From the NCBI GenBank assembly GCA_963816145.1, contig CAWFJP010000011.1, positions 1-64,000 of the forward strand: DNA of 64,000 bases. Direction: 5' to 3'. Within the stretch, counting starts at the first letter, position 1. Each line of letters opens with the position of its first letter. The notes beneath the pieces are model-generated. The model ran no database searches, was not told the origin of the DNA, and saw nothing but the letters and a program-made list of their open reading frames with translations. This DNA comes from an uncultured delta proteobacterium (GTDB lineage Bacteria; Desulfobacterota; Binatia; UBA9968). This document shows, piece after piece, positions 62,057-64,000 of the stretch. A program made the translations under genes and the position numbers.

Positions 62057-62899
62057 TCACTGGGCGCGCTTGGGTCCCTTGAGATCGAGCGCCAGTCTAT
62101 AAACTTCCTTCTTCGCTAGTCCGTAACGCTCGCCTAGCAATTCGGCGATCTCTTTCACACCCATGCCGTCGTCGGCGAGTTGGCGGATCGTCGCGTGTAG
62201 TTCCTCGTTTGACACTGGCGCATCGCCGCTGGAGCCTTGAACCATGATGACAATCTCGCCTTTGATCTCACGGTCGCCGAGCGAGCCGATGACTTGGGAT
62301 AATTTGCCGCGCACAAACTCCTCGTGGATCTTGGTCAGCTCGCGGGCGATCGCAATCTGCCGGTCGCCCAAGATCTTCAGTATGTCACTGAGCGCGTCCA
62401 GAAGCCGGTGCGGCGCCTCGTAAAAAACCAGCGTCGCGGTGTCGGCGCGGAGGCCCTGCAGCTTCGCCTTGCGCTCTTGCGACTTGGCCGGCAAAAAACC
62501 TTCGAATAAGAAACGCTCCGTCGGTAAACCGCTGGCGCTCAGTGCCGTCGTCAACGCCGAAGCGCCGGGTAGCGGAATGACTTGAATCCCAGCACGAATC
62601 GCTTCGATGACGATACGATAACCTGGGTCGGAGATCGCCGGCGTACCGGCGTCGGACACGAGAGCGATACTAGCTCCGCTTTTAAGACGCTCGACTAGCG
62701 CTCGTGCTTTGTCGCGCTCGTTGTGTTCGTGATAACTAGTCAATGCCGTCTTGATGCCGAAGTGGGCGAGCAAATGCTGCGTATGGCGCGTGTCCTCGGC
62801 GGCGATCAATTCGACTTCTTTAAGAACACGAAGCGCGCGCAGAGTGATGTCTTCGAGATTGCCGATCGGCGTCGGCACGATGTAGAGGATGCCGGGCAT
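62057..62899 (-). CDS. rsmI: 16S rRNA C1402 2'-O-methyltransferase
   Basis: LYIVPTPIGNLEDIT, AEDTRHT, SDAGTPAISDPG, YEAPHR, RELTKIHEE. Confidence 0.96.
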   Translation of the reverse strand: MPGILYIVPTPIGNLEDITLRALRVLKEVELIAAEDTRHTQHLLAHFGIKTALTSYHEHNERDKARALVERLKSGASIALVSDAGTPAISDPGYRIVIEAIRAGIQVIPLPGASALTTALSASGLPTERFLFEGFLPAKSQERKAKLQGLRADTATLVFYEAPHRLLDALSDILKILGDRQIAIARELTKIHEEFVRGKLSQVIGSLGDREIKGEIVIMVQGSSGDAPVSNEELHATIRQLADDGMGVKEIAELLGERYGLAKKEVYRLALDLKGPKRAQ

Positions 62900-62907
62900 G
62901 GGACAAG

Positions 62908-62934
62908 TTAGAGATTTGAGATAGAGATTTGAGA
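62908..62934. repeat. Left periodic arm of the four-helix-bundle cassette
   Basis: ttagaga tttgaga tagaga tttgaga. Confidence 0.7.
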
Positions 62935-62960
62935 CCCCGCCCAATTCGCTGGACGCACAG

Positions 62961-63305
62961 CTAGCGTTTCATCAGACCGCTTAACATGCTCGCTATTTCA
63001 TCGCAGTGTAAATATAAGTTTTGAAAATGACCATCCTCTACATAATGTTGCTTCTTGCAAACGTGAAGCAAGCTGACGACCTCATACACCGAGCCTTTGG
63101 CGACATTATAAAAGTACCGCGATTCTTTCGGACTGTCCCGGCCAGTCCCTTCTGCGATGTTGGTAGAAATTGACAATGCTGCACGGCGAATCTGCTCGCC
63201 AAGCGAGTACTGATCCCGCTGTTGAATCGATGACGAAACAAGCGCGACCTGTTCGTAGAGAGAAATTGACTTCTGCCAGACATCAAGCCGCTCAAACTTA
63301 AACAC
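62961..63305 (-). CDS. Four helix bundle protein (23S-IVP / TIGR02436-like)
   Basis: FERLDVWQKS...QIRRAALSISTNIAEG.GR...A.GS..E. Confidence 0.9.
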   Translation of the reverse strand: MFKFERLDVWQKSISLYEQVALVSSSIQQRDQYSLGEQIRRAALSISTNIAEGTGRDSPKESRYFYNVAKGSVYEVVSLLHVCKKQHYVEDGHFQNLYLHCDEIASMLSGLMKR

Positions 63306-63355
63306 TACTTACTCCCAACGCGCTAACGTCAACTGGCTCCTCCTCCGTTCCGACG

Positions 63356-63392
63356 TCTCCATCTCAATTCTCTATCACCATTCTCTATCTCA
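63356..63392. repeat. Right periodic arm of the four-helix-bundle cassette
   Basis: tctccatctcaattctctatcaccattctctatctca; inverted relative to the left arm. Confidence 0.7.
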
Positions 63393-64000
63393 CTTTCCCC
63401 AATCCCGCGAGTAGCGGAAGTCGCGGTCGATGGTGCGTTGCGAGACTTTGGCGATCACCGGCAGGCGCCGTTTGAATTGGGAATTCATGATGCGCGTGGC
63501 GATGTCGTCGATGAAGCGTTCGGGGAAACCGGCGGCGGCCAACTCGGCTTTGGTGTAGCGCCGGTCGACCATCAGGTAGAGCAGCTTGTCGACTTCGCGG
63601 TAGGAAAAGCCCAACTCGCCTTCGTCGGTCTGGCCGCTCCACAAATCCGCCGACGGCTCCTTGATAACGATCACCGGAGGCACGCCGATCGCCTCGGAAA
63701 GCGCCCACACCTGGGTCTTGTAGAGATCGCCTAGCGGATTGAGCGCCGATGCCATGTCGCCATGGATGGTGCCATAGCCAAGCAAAAGCTCGGTCTTGTT
63801 GCTGGTGCCAAGGACCAGCGCATTCCAGCGCATCGATTGATCGTAAAGGATCGTCATGCGCTCGCGCGCCATCTTGTTGCCGCGCCGGCGCGCATCGGCG
63901 TCGGGAAAGCGCTCGAAGTAGCCGTCGATCTGCGGCGTGATATCGACCAGCAGCGACTCGATGTCGCTCTTTCCCGCGACCATCTCTGCATGAGCCTGAC
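63390..64000 (-). CDS. nadE: NH3-dependent NAD synthetase (5' part outside the window)
   Basis: [42 protein letters not shown]. Confidence 0.95.
   Translation of the reverse strand, partial: QAHAEMVAGKSDIESLLVDITPQIDGYFERFPDADARRRGNKMARERMTILYDQSMRWNALVLGTSNKTELLLGYGTIHGDMASALNPLGDLYKTQVWALSEAIGVPPVIVIKEPSADLWSGQTDEGELGFSYREVDKLLYLMVDRRYTKAELAAAGFPERFIDDIATRIMNSQFKRRLPVIAKVSQRTIDRDFRYSRDWGK

Noticed and set aside
62961-63305. Diversity-generating retroelement, suggested by the Avd-like fold
   Set aside because: No reverse transcriptase and no TR/VR repeat pair in the window.

Overview
A GC-rich bacterial chromosome window; gene content and style suggest a Deltaproteobacteria-like lineage such as Ca. 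Binatia (inference only). Bases 1-10300 are an accessory block downstream of tRNA-Ala(GGC). It holds a Wzy-type EPS export set (wza, wzc, WcaJ-like transferase) broken by many frameshifts, a PilZ protein, a NarL-type regulator with a MASE1-CHASE-PAS kinase, an IS3 fragment and a probable recombinase C-terminal remnant running into the tRNA. The rest is mostly core genome on the minus strand: recN, nadK, phnDCE, ilvE, HU, ppx, trmFO, topA, dprA, der, era, a MoxR/DUF58/VWA cluster, greA, a split dpp/opp operon with a small catabolic insert, a TPR and LolB-like pair, ligA, an RRM protein, acyP, rsmI and nadE. The most distinctive signal is non-coding. A four-helix-bundle gene is flanked by inverted ~7-bp-periodic arms, and gene-less pairs of such arms sit in other operon junctions. 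There are also nested palindromic elements, two copies of a ~200-bp composite element, and a candidate greA attenuator. A frameshifted HExxH protein ends in a beta-clamp-like motif. No CRISPR array or rRNA was seen. All calls come from reading the sequence and ORF track; no searches were run.
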